A stretch of DNA of 64,000 nucleotides from a bacterium (GTDB lineage: Bacteria > UBA9089 > JASEGY01). Under the pieces are notes generated by a model. That model made no database searches. It had not been told where the DNA came from and was given only the letters and a program-made list of their open reading frames with translations. Positions 16,189 through 27,469 of the stretch are shown in pieces (position 1 is the stretch's first letter; every line of letters begins with the position of its first letter). The stretch covers positions 4,087-68,086 of the forward strand of contig JBFMHI010000002.1 in assembly GCA_040753085.1 (NCBI GenBank). The letters are read 5' to 3'. Position numbers and translations under genes: made by a program.

Positions 16189-16337
16189 GTAACCGTTCAT
16201 CACATGATGCTTGATCCTCGATGCTCGATGCTCGATCCTCGATGCTGGTAAAGGATCCAGTATCCAGGATCGAGCATCGAGCATCGAGCATCGAGCATCG
16301 AGGTTGTGTCTTTGTGGCTTAGTGGCTGAACGGTTAC
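16189..16337. mobile_element. CATCGAG-family MITE (TIR GTAACCGTTCA / TGAACGGTTAC, inverted heptamer arrays around centre GGTAAAGGATCCAGTATCCAGG)
   Basis: gtaaccgttcatcacatgatg...ctcgatg arrays...catcgag arrays...ggctgaacggttac; inserted directly beside the previous element. Confidence 0.7.
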
Positions 16338-16372
16338 TAATTATTAATGATAACTGATCTTAAGGAGTAATC

Positions 16373-16801
16373 ATGGCTAAGAAGAAAGTAGTTAAAGAGA
16401 TTAAGCTTCAGATTCCGGCGGGAAGGGCTAATCCGGCACCTCCGGTTGGTCCGGCGCTGGGACAGGAGGGGGTAAATATCATGGAATTCTGCCGGGCCTT
16501 TAATGAACGCACCTCGAAACAAGAAGGTATGATTATCCCCGCCGTTATCAGTATCTATGAAGACAGGTCTTTTACCTTTGAATTAAAGACCCCGCCTGCC
16601 GCCGTTCTCTTAAAAAAGGCCGCGGCGGTTGAAAAGGGTTCTTCCGACCCCAATCGAAATAAGGTGGGTAAAGTGCCCCGCTCAGAGGTAGAGAAGATTG
16701 CCAAAATAAAGATGCCAGATCTTAATGCCATTAACCTTGAGGGGGCTATGCAGCAAGTCATGGGAACGGCCAGGTCAATGGGGATTGAGGTGGAAGGGTA
16801 G
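16373..16801 (+). CDS. rplK: 50S ribosomal protein L11
   Basis: [39 protein letters not shown]. Confidence 0.95.
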   Translation: MAKKKVVKEIKLQIPAGRANPAPPVGPALGQEGVNIMEFCRAFNERTSKQEGMIIPAVISIYEDRSFTFELKTPPAAVLLKKAAAVEKGSSDPNRNKVGKVPRSEVEKIAKIKMPDLNAINLEGAMQQVMGTARSMGIEVEG

Positions 16802-16824
16802 AGGGTTTAAGGAGATTCTGATCT

Positions 16825-17349
16825 ATGCCCTTATTTATTGTGGCAGTAGCCTTTCTTTGTTTATTAGGAGCGTCTCCTACCTGGGCTGAGGAGAAATTTT
16901 ACCTGAATTCTATCGAATATCTTCAGGCTGAACCAGAAGGCGATAAACTGGGTCAGCTCTTTCAAGGTATTGAGCTGGAAAAGCTAAGCGAAAAAGGAGA
17001 TTGGGCGGAAGTTCGTCTAACCGGCTGGCTTAAAACCAGTTGGCTATCTACCCAGTCGCCCCAGACCAGAAAATATAAACCGCCTTTAGAGATTATAAAT
17101 CTTGAGGACCGTTTTTCAGATTATGGTGATTATATTCATATCTTAGGGGAAGTGAAGAATCAGGGACCCCAGGACTATAAGTTTTTGCTGGTGACGGTTA
17201 CTTTTTACGATCAAGACAAAAAGATAGTGGATACCACCACTACACTTATCTCCTCTTTGAAGAAAGGAGAGGTAAGACCCTTCAAGACTATATCTAAGAA
17301 TCACGAAACAATAAAGATTTATAAGGCGAAGGTGGAACCGGTTAATTAA
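16825..17349 (+). CDS. hypothetical secreted protein inserted between rplK and rplA
   Basis: 174 aa, signal peptide MPLFIVAVAFLCLLGASPTWA; no recognisable domain; unusual location. Confidence 0.5.
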   Translation: MPLFIVAVAFLCLLGASPTWAEEKFYLNSIEYLQAEPEGDKLGQLFQGIELEKLSEKGDWAEVRLTGWLKTSWLSTQSPQTRKYKPPLEIINLEDRFSDYGDYIHILGEVKNQGPQDYKFLLVTVTFYDQDKKIVDTTTTLISSLKKGEVRPFKTISKNHETIKIYKAKVEPVN

Positions 17350-17425
17350 CTATTAGGGCGATGTTCATCCTTTTGGCCATTTGTCGAATCGCTAATCTTG
17401 AATTGCGAATCGCCAATCTATCTTT

Positions 17426-17559
17426 GTAACCGTTCAGCACATGATGCTGGATGCTCGATGCTCGATCTTCGATGCTGGTAAAGGATTCAGTATCCAGGAT
17501 CGAGCATCCAGCATCGAGGATCGAGGATCGAGTTTGTGCCTTAGGGGCTGAACGCTTAC
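17426..17559. mobile_element. CATCGAG-family MITE (TIR GTAACCGTTCA / TGAACGCTTAC) nested between ATTCGCG heptamer arrays at 17385-17418 and 17572-17612
   Basis: gtaaccgttcagcacatgatgctggatgctcgatgctcgatcttcgatgctggtaaaggattcagtatccaggatcgagcatcc...ggctgaacgcttac, with flanks aattgcgaatcgccaatct and aattcgcaattcgcgatccgcgattcgcgatt. Confidence 0.7.
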
Positions 17560-17664
17560 CTAAGTCTTTTAATTCGCAATTCGCGATCCGCGATTCGCGA
17601 TTAATCCGTAAGCGGCCCCAACGATGAACAAGGCCACAATATTGTTAATGGTTAAGGAGGCAAG

Positions 17665-18372
17665 ATGGCTAAGAAAGGAAAAAGGCTTAAAGAGACAGAA
17701 AAGTTGGTGGAACGGGGGAAATTGTACGAGCTTAAGGAGGCCATCTCCTTAGCTAAAGAAACAGCCAGCGTTAAATTTGACGAGACAGTTGAATTGGCCG
17801 CCAAATTGGGGGTAGAGACAAAACACGCTGATCAACAAGTTAGAAGCACGGTTATTCTCCCTTCCGGAACAGGCAAGCAAGTCCGAGTGGTGGTCTTTAC
17901 CAAAGGAGAAAAGGTGAACGAGGCGCTTTCAGCCGGGGCCATTGAAGCCGGCGCAGAAGACTTAATCGAACGGGTGCAAGGGGGATGGCTTGATTTTGAT
18001 GTGGCGGTGGCTACGCCCGATATGATGCGGGATGTATCCAAGCTGGGCAAGATCTTAGGGCCAAGGGGGCTTATGCCTAATCCCAAGGCCGGCACGGTCA
18101 CCTTTGAAGTAAAGCAGGCTATTGAGGAAATAAAAAAGGGTAAAATTGAATTCAGGGCCGATCGTTATGGCATCGTTCATGCCCCCGTTGGCAAAGTATC
18201 TTTCTCTCTGGAACAACTCTATGCCAACTTAAAGGCGGTGGTGCAGGCCATTATCTCATCTAAGCCGGCCGGCGCCAAAGGGCAATATTTAAGAAGTCTG
18301 CATCTGTCAACCACTATGGGGCCAGGGATAAAACTCGATCTCCTCTCCGCCAGGAAAGCGATGGAAGAATAA
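17665..18372 (+). CDS. rplA: 50S ribosomal protein L1
   Basis: L1 signature sequence; position after rplK. Confidence 0.95.
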   Translation: MAKKGKRLKETEKLVERGKLYELKEAISLAKETASVKFDETVELAAKLGVETKHADQQVRSTVILPSGTGKQVRVVVFTKGEKVNEALSAGAIEAGAEDLIERVQGGWLDFDVAVATPDMMRDVSKLGKILGPRGLMPNPKAGTVTFEVKQAIEEIKKGKIEFRADRYGIVHAPVGKVSFSLEQLYANLKAVVQAIISSKPAGAKGQYLRSLHLSTTMGPGIKLDLLSARKAMEE

Positions 18373-18391
18373 CCTTAATGAGGTAAGAGAT

Positions 18392-18925
18392 ATGAGAGCG
18401 GCTATTATTCAAAAACAAGAAAAGGTTAATAAATTAAAGGAACAGCTAAGTAAGAGTTCCGGCTTTATCCTGACTGATCATCGAGGGTTAACTGTCCGGG
18501 AAATTACTGAACTCAGGCGGCGGTTACGGGAAACCAAGACGGAATATCATATCATAAAAAACACCCTCCTTCAGAGGGCCTTGGAGGGAGGTAAGTTGGC
18601 ATCCCTACGCCAGAGCTTGGAAGGGCCGACGGCGGTGGTCTTTAGTTCTGATCCGAACTTAGCCGCCGCTAAGGTCTTGTTAAGTTTTGCCAAAGAATTT
18701 GAAAAACCGGCTATCAAGGCGGGGGCTATTGCCAACTATGTCTTGACGGCGGAAGAGGTCAAGGCGGTAGCTAATCTGCCCTCCAGAGAGGTTCTCATAG
18801 CCAGGGTGATAGGAGGTATTCAGGCCCCCTTAAGTGGGTTAGTTAACTGTTTAGCCGGTCCGATCAGGGGATTAATTACGGTTTTGAAGGCAGCCAGCCA
18901 AAAAACAGGCAAGGAAAGTGGATAA
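18392..18925 (+). CDS. rplJ: 50S ribosomal protein L10
   Basis: L10-like sequence; position in the rplJL operon. Confidence 0.9.
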   Translation: MRAAIIQKQEKVNKLKEQLSKSSGFILTDHRGLTVREITELRRRLRETKTEYHIIKNTLLQRALEGGKLASLRQSLEGPTAVVFSSDPNLAAAKVLLSFAKEFEKPAIKAGAIANYVLTAEEVKAVANLPSREVLIARVIGGIQAPLSGLVNCLAGPIRGLITVLKAASQKTGKESG

Positions 18926-18950
18926 ATTATAAATGAGGAGGTAAGACAAG

Positions 18951-19340
18951 ATGTCTGTAGCCACAAGAGAAGAGATAGTAGAAGCGGTCTCTAATTTATC
19001 GGTGTTAGAACTTTCAGAGTTGGTTAAAGACCTGGAGGTGAAATTTGGGGTTTCAGCCGCTATACCGATGGCTGTAGCCGGTGGTCCTATGCCTGGCGCC
19101 GCCGCCGAAGCCCCGGCTGTAGAGGAAAAAACAGAGTTTGATGTTATCCTGGTTTCGGTAGGGAGTCAGAAGATTCCTGTGGTCAAGGAAATCAGGGATA
19201 TTACTGCCCTAGGCTTGAAAGAGGCCAAGGCCTTGGCTGATGAAGCGCCTAAACCTATCAAAGAAAAGGTTAGCAAGGAAGAGGCGGCAGAGATTAAGGC
19301 AAAATTGGAGGCAGTAGGCGCGACTATAGAGATAAAGTAA
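18951..19340 (+). CDS. rplL: 50S ribosomal protein L7/L12
   Basis: Ala-rich hinge and conserved C-terminal domain [15 protein letters not shown]...[12 protein letters not shown]. Confidence 0.95.
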   Translation: MSVATREEIVEAVSNLSVLELSELVKDLEVKFGVSAAIPMAVAGGPMPGAAAEAPAVEEKTEFDVILVSVGSQKIPVVKEIRDITALGLKEAKALADEAPKPIKEKVSKEEAAEIKAKLEAVGATIEIK

Positions 19341-19380
19341 CAGGGGGCAGAAGACCATCTGACTTCGGAGGAGAGATTCT

Positions 19381-22300
19381 ATGAGTCTGGAAATGCTCAA
19401 TGGGCGAATAAGTTTTGGGAAGACCGAGGAAATCGTACCTATTCCTGATTTGACAGCGATCCAACGTAAGTCTTATGAAGACTTTCTTCAGCGAGAGGTT
19501 CCACCGGAAAAGCGAGCCAATCAAGGATTAGAACAGGTATTTCGTGAAGTTTTTCCGATCGTCTCCTTTAATGAAAAGTTAGTCCTGGAATATGTCAGTT
19601 ACAGCCTAGGGGAACCTAAATACGAGGAAGAAGAGTGTCGGGAAAGAGATGCTACCTATGCAGCTCCCTTGAAGGTAAAAATAAGGCTTATTTGCAAGGA
19701 CACTATGGAGGTTCGGGAACAGGATGTTTATATGCGTGAAATACCCCTTATGACCTCGCGGGGGACCTTTATTATTAATGGAGCTGAAAGGGTGATTGTC
19801 AGTCAGCTTCATCGTTCACCTGGCATTTTCTATGCCTATGATGAGCCGACCCGGACCTATTCCGCCAGATTTATTCCTTATTGGGGCACCTGGGTTGAAT
19901 TGGAGATTGATCCTAACAATCTCATCCTGGTGCGGCTGGCCAGAAAGAGAAAATTATTAGCCACCACTCTCTTGCGAGCCATTGGGTATCCGACTAACAA
20001 GGAAATCCTGGAATTGTTTTATCCTACCTCGAAGGAAGAAACGGCTTCAGATCGTATTATCGGTCTTAGGGTAGCTGAAGACGTAATCGATCCGGCGAGC
20101 GGAAAAATTATACTCGCCTGTAATCAAAAGATCAAACCGGACATCCTGGTCAGGATAAGGGAGGCGGGCATAGAAGCCGTATCCATCCTGGATATTGATG
20201 CCGTAAGTGATGATGTTTCTATCTTAAACACCCTTGACCGGGATGATACTCATTCCAAAGAAGAGGCCCTCCTGAAGATTTATAGTGTTACTCGACCAGG
20301 GGAGCCGACTATCTTAGAGAATGCCACCGTGGCTTTCAACCGGTTATTTTCTGATCCGGTCAGGTATAATCTTGGTCAGGTAGGGAGGTATAAGATTAAC
20401 AAGACCCTGGGCCTTGATGTTTCTCAGGATGAAGGAACTCTAACCAAAGAAGATATAGTCGCGGCCATAAAGCGTCTCATTCGGCTTCATATTGAACACG
20501 GCGAGGCGGATGATATTGACCATCTGGGCAATCGAAGGGTCCGTTCCGTAGGGGAACTACTTCAAAATCATCTTCGAGTAGGCTTTGCCAGGTTGGAGAG
20601 AGGGGTTCAGGAACGAATGACCATCCAGGACCCGGAGACGATGATCCCCCAAACAGTGATTAATATCAAACCTGTTACGGCCGCCATAAACGAATTTTTT
20701 GGTTCTTCACAACTCTCTCAGTTTATGGATCAAACCAATCCGCTGGCTGAATTGACTCATAAACGCCGATTATCCGCCCTGGGGCAGGGTGGTCTTTCTA
20801 AAGAGCGGGCCGGATTTGAGGTCAGAGATGTGCACCATACTCACTATGGAAGGATATGTCCTATTGAGACCCCTGAAGGACCTAATATCGGCCTTATTGT
20901 TTCCCTTTCTACTTACGCTCAGGTAGATAAGTATGGTTTTATCGAGATACCTTATCGGAAGGTAGTGGAGGGGAAAATAACCAATGAAATTGAGTATTTA
21001 CGTGCCGACGACGAAGAGAGGGTTTATATCAGCCAGGCTTCTACCTCTGCCGATGCTGAAGGAAGGCTGACAGAAAGCCTTATCTCGGTCAGGCACGGAG
21101 ATAATTACCCCCTCGTGCCTCCGGAAGAGGTAAACTATATGGATGTATCTTTTAAACAGTTGGTTAGTGTCTCTACAGCTTTGATTCCCTTTTTGGAACA
21201 TGATGATGCCAACCGGGCCTTAATGGGCTCTAATATGCAGCGTCAGGCCGTCCCCCTCCTGAAAGCTGAGCCGCCACTGGTAGGGACAGGCATAGAAGGT
21301 AAGGTGGCCTCTGACTCAGGGACGGTAGTCATTTCTGATGTGGAAGGGGTGGTAAGCCATGTCACCGGTGATGAAATCCAGATAAAGACCACCGCCGGAG
21401 AGACCAGGGAGTTTAGGTTGCGAAAATTTAAACGCTCTAACCAGGGGACCTGTATCAACCAGGTGCCCATAGTCAAAAAAGGGGATCAGGTAAAAATAGG
21501 CCAGGTCCTGACCGAGGGAACCGCTACGGCCGCAGGTGAATTGGCCCTGGGCCGTAATATTCTGGTGGCCTTTATGCCCTGGGAAGGATATAACTTTGAA
21601 GATGCTATCCTTATCTCGGAAAGACTGGTTCGGGAAGACGTTTTTAGTTCTATCCATATTGAACGTTTTGAAGTTGAAGCCAGGGATACTCAACTTGGAC
21701 CGGAGTCTATTACCAGAGATATACCTAATTTAGGCGAAGAGGCCCTCAAAGAGTTGGATGAATCAGGTATAGTTAGAATCGGGGCGCATGTGCGGCCGGG
21801 TGATATCCTGGTGGGTAAGGTTACCCCCAAGGGGGAAACTGATCTATCTCCCGAATATAAACTCCTTCATTCGATCTTTGGTGAAAAGGCCCGTGAGGTG
21901 AGAGATACCTCTCTCAGGGTCCCTTATGGTAAAGACGGGATAGTAATTGATGTTAAGGTCTTTTCTCAGGAGGCCAGAGATGAGTTGTCCTCGGGCGTGG
22001 AAAAAATGGTGCAGGTCTATGTGGCCAAAAAGAGGAAGATATCGGTAGGGGATAAGATTGCCGGCCGGCACGGAAATAAAGGGGTTATTTCCAAGATACT
22101 ATCCGATGAAGATATGCCTTTTATAGCTGATGGGACCCCCATAGACATGGTCTTAAATCCACTTTCCGTGCCTTCCAGAATGAATTTGGGACAGATTATG
22201 GAAACGCATCTGGGGTGGGCCGGCTTTAAACTTGGTCAAAAATACGCCTCGCCTATTTTTGACGGGGCCACCGAGGATGAGATTAAGGCAGCGTTAAAAG

Positions 22301-22872
22301 AGGCCTCCTTGCCCGAAGATGGAAAGGTAAGCCTTTACGATGGTCGGACCGGCGAGAAGTTTGATCAAAAGGTGACCGTAGGGTATATCTATATTATGAA
22401 ATTGGCCCATTTAGTAGAAGATAAGATTCACGCCCGTTCTACAGGTCCTTATTCTTTGGTTACCCAACAACCCCTGGGTGGCAAGGCCCAATTTGGCGGT
22501 CAGAGATTGGGGGAAATGGAGGTTTGGGCCCTGGAAGCTTATGGCGCCGCGTATACCTTACAGGAGCTTTTGACCGTAAAAAGTGATGATATTATTGGCC
22601 GGGCCAAGGTTTATGAGGCCATTATTAAAGGAAAGAATGCCCGTTCCCCGGGAATTCCTGAATCCTTTAATGTTCTGGCCCATGAACTCAGAGGCTTGGC
22701 CCTGGATATTGAAGTTATGGATAAACAGGGTAAACCAGTAGATACGAAAAAACTGGACGAGATGCGGCGATTCTTTGATGAACCCAAAATAACCCCCCCA
22801 GAGAGAATCCTGGGTAAAAGGGAAGAAAAACCGGAACCAACCGTAACTGAGGTCTTTGCTAAGAGGGGGTAA
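19381..22872 (+). CDS. rpoB: DNA-directed RNA polymerase subunit beta
   Basis: 1163 aa; conserved RpoB blocks ([38 protein letters not shown], etc.). Confidence 0.97.
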   Translation: MSLEMLNGRISFGKTEEIVPIPDLTAIQRKSYEDFLQREVPPEKRANQGLEQVFREVFPIVSFNEKLVLEYVSYSLGEPKYEEEECRERDATYAAPLKVKIRLICKDTMEVREQDVYMREIPLMTSRGTFIINGAERVIVSQLHRSPGIFYAYDEPTRTYSARFIPYWGTWVELEIDPNNLILVRLARKRKLLATTLLRAIGYPTNKEILELFYPTSKEETASDRIIGLRVAEDVIDPASGKIILACNQKIKPDILVRIREAGIEAVSILDIDAVSDDVSILNTLDRDDTHSKEEALLKIYSVTRPGEPTILENATVAFNRLFSDPVRYNLGQVGRYKINKTLGLDVSQDEGTLTKEDIVAAIKRLIRLHIEHGEADDIDHLGNRRVRSVGELLQNHLRVGFARLERGVQERMTIQDPETMIPQTVINIKPVTAAINEFFGSSQLSQFMDQTNPLAELTHKRRLSALGQGGLSKERAGFEVRDVHHTHYGRICPIETPEGPNIGLIVSLSTYAQVDKYGFIEIPYRKVVEGKITNEIEYLRADDEERVYISQASTSADAEGRLTESLISVRHGDNYPLVPPEEVNYMDVSFKQLVSVSTALIPFLEHDDANRALMGSNMQRQAVPLLKAEPPLVGTGIEGKVASDSGTVVISDVEGVVSHVTGDEIQIKTTAGETREFRLRKFKRSNQGTCINQVPIVKKGDQVKIGQVLTEGTATAAGELALGRNILVAFMPWEGYNFEDAILISERLVREDVFSSIHIERFEVEARDTQLGPESITRDIPNLGEEALKELDESGIVRIGAHVRPGDILVGKVTPKGETDLSPEYKLLHSIFGEKAREVRDTSLRVPYGKDGIVIDVKVFSQEARDELSSGVEKMVQVYVAKKRKISVGDKIAGRHGNKGVISKILSDEDMPFIADGTPIDMVLNPLSVPSRMNLGQIMETHLGWAGFKLGQKYASPIFDGATEDEIKAALKEASLPEDGKVSLYDGRTGEKFDQKVTVGYIYIMKLAHLVEDKIHARSTGPYSLVTQQPLGGKAQFGGQRLGEMEVWALEAYGAAYTLQELLTVKSDDIIGRAKVYEAIIKGKNARSPGIPESFNVLAHELRGLALDIEVMDKQGKPVDTKKLDEMRRFFDEPKITPPERILGKREEKPEPTVTEVFAKRG

Positions 22873-22892
22873 ATGTCAATTATCAAAGGGAC

Positions 22893-22960
22893 CAAAGGGA
22901 CTATTGGCTATTGGCTATTGGCTTCTGTAATTTTAGTGGCTTTGTGTCTTTGTGACTGAG
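22893..22960. repeat. short heptamer arrays (CTATTGG x3; GGCTTTGTGTCTTTGTGAC) in the rpoB-rpoC spacer
   Basis: ctattggctattggctattggct ... ggctttgtgtctttgtgactgagtaattac; a partial member of the GTGTCTT family. Confidence 0.5.
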
Positions 22961-22998
22961 TAATTACATTAATTGTTTTAGAGAGGAGGGATCTTTAC

Positions 22999-25900
22999 TT
23001 GAGTGCTGAAGCGGCGGTTGCTAAGAGTCAATCGAGGAGTCTTCCGGTGACCTTGAATTATCAGGCGGATCACGATGATAAGCTCTTTGATTTTGCTTCT
23101 ATTACCATTAAGCTTGCTTCGCCGGAACGAATTCGATCCTGGTCTCACGGTGAGGTAAAAAAACCGGAAACTATTAATTACCGAACATTTAAGCCGGAAC
23201 GAGATGGTCTCTTTTGTGAGCGGATATTCGGGCCGACTAAGGATTACGAATGCTACTGTGGGAAATATAAGAGTATTCGTTATCGGGGTGTTATCTGCGA
23301 TCGATGCGGGGTGGAAGTAACCCGGGCGGAAGTAAGAAGGGAACGCATGGGACACATTGAGCTGGTAGCCCCGGCCGCTCATATATGGTATTTTAAGCGG
23401 ATCCCTTCTCAAATGTCTCTTCTTTTGGATATCTCGGTTAGAGACCTGGAACGGGTGCTTTACTTCGAAGAATACATCGTGACCAGGGTAGCTGGATCAG
23501 TGCCGCTCCAACTCGGAACCGTTATGGGAGAAGAGGACTTCTGGATGTATAAGGAGAAATATGGGGATGGATTTTCGGCGGGAATGGGGGCGGAGGCGGT
23601 TAGAAAATGTCTGCAGTCCTTAAACCTGGAAAAGCTGGCGGTGGAACTGCGTCAAGAAATGAAAGAGGAGTCTTCCAGCCAGAAGAAAAAAAAGGCAGTC
23701 CGTCGTTTAGCGGTCATTGACGCCTTTCTGAAATCGAATAATAAACCAGAATGGATGATACTCGATTGTGTGCCGGTTATCCCTCCAGAACTCAGACCGA
23801 TGGTTCAATTGGATGGGGGCAGGTTTGCCACCTCTGATCTAAATGACCTTTATCGCCGGGTGATTAATCGTAATAATAGACTTCAGCGGTTGCTTGATTT
23901 AAAGGCGCCTGAGATTATTATTCGAAATGAAAAAAGAATGCTTCAGGAAGCCGTGGATACCCTCTTTGATAATTCCAGGCGGGGTAGAGGCGTCAAGGGA
24001 CACGGGAGCAGACTGCTTAAATCTCTTTCCGACATTTTAAAAGGAAAACGGGGCAGGTTCAGACAGAACCTGTTAGGTAAACGGGTTGACTACTCCGGCC
24101 GGTCAGTCATTGTGGTTGATCCTAAGCTAAGACTGTATCAATGCGGTCTGCCGAAGAAGATGGCCATCGAGTTATTTAAGCCCTTTATTATGAAGGAATT
24201 AGTGGATAGGGGACTGGTTCATAATATCAAGTCAGCCAAGCGAATGGTGGAGAGGGAGGATAAAGAGATATGGGATGCGCTGGAAAAGGTCATTGCGGGT
24301 CATCCGATTCTCTTGAACCGAGCGCCGACCCTTCACCGGGCTGGTATTCAGGCCTTTGAGCCTATTTTGGTGGAAGGAGAAGCCATTAAAATACATCCCC
24401 TGGTCTGTGCCGCCTTCAATGCCGATTTTGATGGGGATCAAATGGCCGTTCACGTCCCCCTTTCTTTAGAGGCTCAATTAGAATGCGAGATGTTAATGCT
24501 TTCCGTCTACAATATCCTCTCCCCGGCTAACGGACATCCCCTGATGGTTCCCAGTCAGGATATTGTTCTGGGTTGCTGTTATCTAACCAAGGAGGTCCTG
24601 CCGACTTCCGATAGATTAAGATCCTATTATAATTCGGAAGAAGTTATGGCGGCTTATGATGCCGGAGTAATCGGCCTCCATACCCTGGTTAATGTCAGGA
24701 TGAACGGATCCAAAGTAAAGACCACCGCCGGGAGACTCATTTTCAACCAGGTCATCCCACCGGAATTAGGTTTTATTAATCAAATGGTGGACAAGCACAC
24801 CCTGTCTGAAATCGTCTATACCTCTTATCGAAAAAACGGCCTGGCCAGGACCGTCAATTTGCTTGACGAAGTTAAACAGCTTGGATTCAAGTATGCCACC
24901 AAATACGGGGGGTCAATCAGTATAGATGATATTAAGGTTCCGGGTGTGAAAAAGCAGGTGTTGGAAAAAGGGCATAAAGAGGTAGAGCATATCCTAAATG
25001 AGTATCAACAAGGCTTGATTACCGATGAAGAGAGATACAATCGGATCGTGGATATATGGACCTCTCTGGGAGAAGAGGTGGCTGATGCTACCTTTGAGCA
25101 GTTGGCCCGTGATATGGAGGGCTTTAATCCGATTTACATTATGGTCGAATCAGGCGCCAGGGGAAGCAAACAACAAGTCAGACAGTTAGCCGGAATGCGC
25201 GGACTGATGGCCAAGCCATCGGGAGAGATTATCGAGTTGCCTATTACGGCCAACTTCCGGGAAGGGCTTTCGGTGTTGGAATATTTCATTTCCACCCATG
25301 GAGCCAGGAAAGGGTTGGCTGATACCGCCCTGAAAACAGCTGATGCAGGTTATTTGACCAGGAGATTGGTTGATATAGCCCAGGATGTGATTGTTACCGA
25401 AATAGATTGTGGAACGATGAATGGCATGGTGGCTGAGTCCATCAAAGAAGGAGATGAAGTTATCGAGTCACTCAAGGAGCGGATTTTGGGCCGGGTTACC
25501 CTGGATGAGATTGTAGACCCCAGGTCGGGTAAGGTCCTAGTTGAGCCAGGCGAGGAAATAGATGAAGAGGCCGCCGACGCCATAGAAGATGCGGACATAG
25601 AAAGGATCAGGATGAGAACTGTCCTTACCTGTGAAACGGCTCGGGGTGTATGTGCCAAATGTTATGGAAGAAATTTGGCTACAGGGAGATTGGTGGATAT
25701 AGGTGAAGCCGTGGGAATTATTGCGGCTCAGTCTATTGGTGAGCCTGGAACCCAGCTTACTATGCGGACCTTCCATATTGGGGGAACCGCCTTCCGTCAG
25801 GTAGAAGAAAGGGAAATCCGCTTGAACTATCCGGTTGAAATTGTCGCTTTACCCAGATACCTCATCTCCTTGAAGGAGGAGCAGGGGATGATTGTCTCGC

Positions 25901-27291
25901 GGGGGGGAAATATGCTGATCAGAAAGATTCTTAAAGAATATACCCTGGCCCCGGGAAGCAAGATTATGGTATTTGATGGATTATGGATTAATATGGGTGA
26001 AGTCGTGGCTGAAACAAGTGAAGGAGAAAGTATTAAGGCGGAAGTAGCCGGAATAGGTCGAATAACGGAAGAAGGCAAGGTCTTAATAGAGGCCAGGGAG
26101 AGGGAGATTCATCTTCGAACCGGCACGAAGATTTATGTCCAACCAAACACCTTTGTCGAGGCCGGACAGATCATCGCTGAATTTGATCCTTACAATGAGC
26201 TTATTCTGACTGAAACCACTGGTGAAGCCAGATTCAAAGATATTATCAAAGGTAGAACCCTACGGGAGGAGCTGGATGAAAATACCGGTCTTTTTAACCG
26301 GGTCGTGGTTGAAGACAGGGAAGAGGAATTACAGCCTTCGGTGGATATCATCAAAGAGGATGGAAAGGCCGTTAACTACATCTTGCCTCATGGAGCCAGG
26401 TTAGTGGTTCAGGACGGACAAAAATTGACGGCTGGAGATACATTAGCCAAGTTCCCTCAAGAATTGTCTAAGACTAAGGACATTACCGGTGGATTGCCCC
26501 GCGTGGCTGAGCTTTTTGAAACCAGGTGTCCCAAGGATAATGCGGTGATAGCTGAAATTGACGGTGTCATCGAGTTTAAACCAGCCGCGGGAGGCACAAG
26601 GACGGTGGTGATTAGAAATAAGGCCACTAATACCACCAGAGAATATTATATATCGGTAGGTAAACATTTGAAGGTTCATGAAGGGGATGAGGTTAAAGCC
26701 GGAGATCAGTTGATTGAAGGCCCTATAGATCCGCACGATATCCTTCGGATTAAAGGAGATTATGCCCTGCAGCAATATCTTTTAAACGAGGTCCAGGAAG
26801 TTTATAAACTTCAGGGGGTGGATATTAATGATAAACATATTGAAGTTATCGTTCGTCAGATGTTGAGACGGGTAGAGATAACTTCAGCCGGCGATACGGA
26901 TTTTCTCGTGGGGGAACATATGGATAAGTTCCGCTTTATGGAGGAGAATAAACGGGTGGTCGCTCAAGGAGGCACACCGGCTCAGGCCAGCCCGCTTCTT
27001 TTGGGGATAACGAAGGCCTCATTAGCTACTGATTCTTTTATTTCAGCGGCCTCATTCCAGGAGACTACCAGGGTTTTAACGGAAGCGGCCATTAAAGGCA
27101 GAACGGATGACTTGCTTGGTTTGAAAGAAAATGTAATTATTGGCAGACTTGTTCCGGCCGGGACAGGAATGCCGATGTATAAAGACAGGCAATTTACTTT
27201 TAACCGATTAGGGGAAGAGACTGTTTCGGAGGAGGAACATCCACTTACGGCTGGTTCATTACCGATAACCGAATCACCGATTACCGATTAG
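22999..27291 (+). CDS. rpoC: DNA-directed RNA polymerase subunit beta' (TTG start)
   Basis: 1430 aa; zinc-binding [19 protein letters not shown]...CDRCG and the catalytic NADFDGD motif. Confidence 0.97.
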   Translation: MSAEAAVAKSQSRSLPVTLNYQADHDDKLFDFASITIKLASPERIRSWSHGEVKKPETINYRTFKPERDGLFCERIFGPTKDYECYCGKYKSIRYRGVICDRCGVEVTRAEVRRERMGHIELVAPAAHIWYFKRIPSQMSLLLDISVRDLERVLYFEEYIVTRVAGSVPLQLGTVMGEEDFWMYKEKYGDGFSAGMGAEAVRKCLQSLNLEKLAVELRQEMKEESSSQKKKKAVRRLAVIDAFLKSNNKPEWMILDCVPVIPPELRPMVQLDGGRFATSDLNDLYRRVINRNNRLQRLLDLKAPEIIIRNEKRMLQEAVDTLFDNSRRGRGVKGHGSRLLKSLSDILKGKRGRFRQNLLGKRVDYSGRSVIVVDPKLRLYQCGLPKKMAIELFKPFIMKELVDRGLVHNIKSAKRMVEREDKEIWDALEKVIAGHPILLNRAPTLHRAGIQAFEPILVEGEAIKIHPLVCAAFNADFDGDQMAVHVPLSLEAQLECEMLMLSVYNILSPANGHPLMVPSQDIVLGCCYLTKEVLPTSDRLRSYYNSEEVMAAYDAGVIGLHTLVNVRMNGSKVKTTAGRLIFNQVIPPELGFINQMVDKHTLSEIVYTSYRKNGLARTVNLLDEVKQLGFKYATKYGGSISIDDIKVPGVKKQVLEKGHKEVEHILNEYQQGLITDEERYNRIVDIWTSLGEEVADATFEQLARDMEGFNPIYIMVESGARGSKQQVRQLAGMRGLMAKPSGEIIELPITANFREGLSVLEYFISTHGARKGLADTALKTADAGYLTRRLVDIAQDVIVTEIDCGTMNGMVAESIKEGDEVIESLKERILGRVTLDEIVDPRSGKVLVEPGEEIDEEAADAIEDADIERIRMRTVLTCETARGVCAKCYGRNLATGRLVDIGEAVGIIAAQSIGEPGTQLTMRTFHIGGTAFRQVEEREIRLNYPVEIVALPRYLISLKEEQGMIVSRGGNMLIRKILKEYTLAPGSKIMVFDGLWINMGEVVAETSEGESIKAEVAGIGRITEEGKVLIEAREREIHLRTGTKIYVQPNTFVEAGQIIAEFDPYNELILTETTGEARFKDIIKGRTLREELDENTGLFNRVVVEDREEELQPSVDIIKEDGKAVNYILPHGARLVVQDGQKLTAGDTLAKFPQELSKTKDITGGLPRVAELFETRCPKDNAVIAEIDGVIEFKPAAGGTRTVVIRNKATNTTREYYISVGKHLKVHEGDEVKAGDQLIEGPIDPHDILRIKGDYALQQYLLNEVQEVYKLQGVDINDKHIEVIVRQMLRRVEITSAGDTDFLVGEHMDKFRFMEENKRVVAQGGTPAQASPLLLGITKASLATDSFISAASFQETTRVLTEAAIKGRTDDLLGLKENVIIGRLVPAGTGMPMYKDRQFTFNRLGEETVSEEEHPLTAGSLPITESPITD

Positions 27292-27469
27292 GTGAGGAGT
27301 CTAGCTCGACGAAAGTTCTTGGGCGGTTTCAGGAGGGTTCAAGGGTTCAAGAGTAGATTTCTGTTACTCGATGTCCAAGTTTTTTTCTGTAGTTAACAGT
27401 AAATGGTTTTCTGCCGATAGTTAAAATAGCGCAAGGTTATGCTAACTTACTAGGGGAGAGGACCAAATT

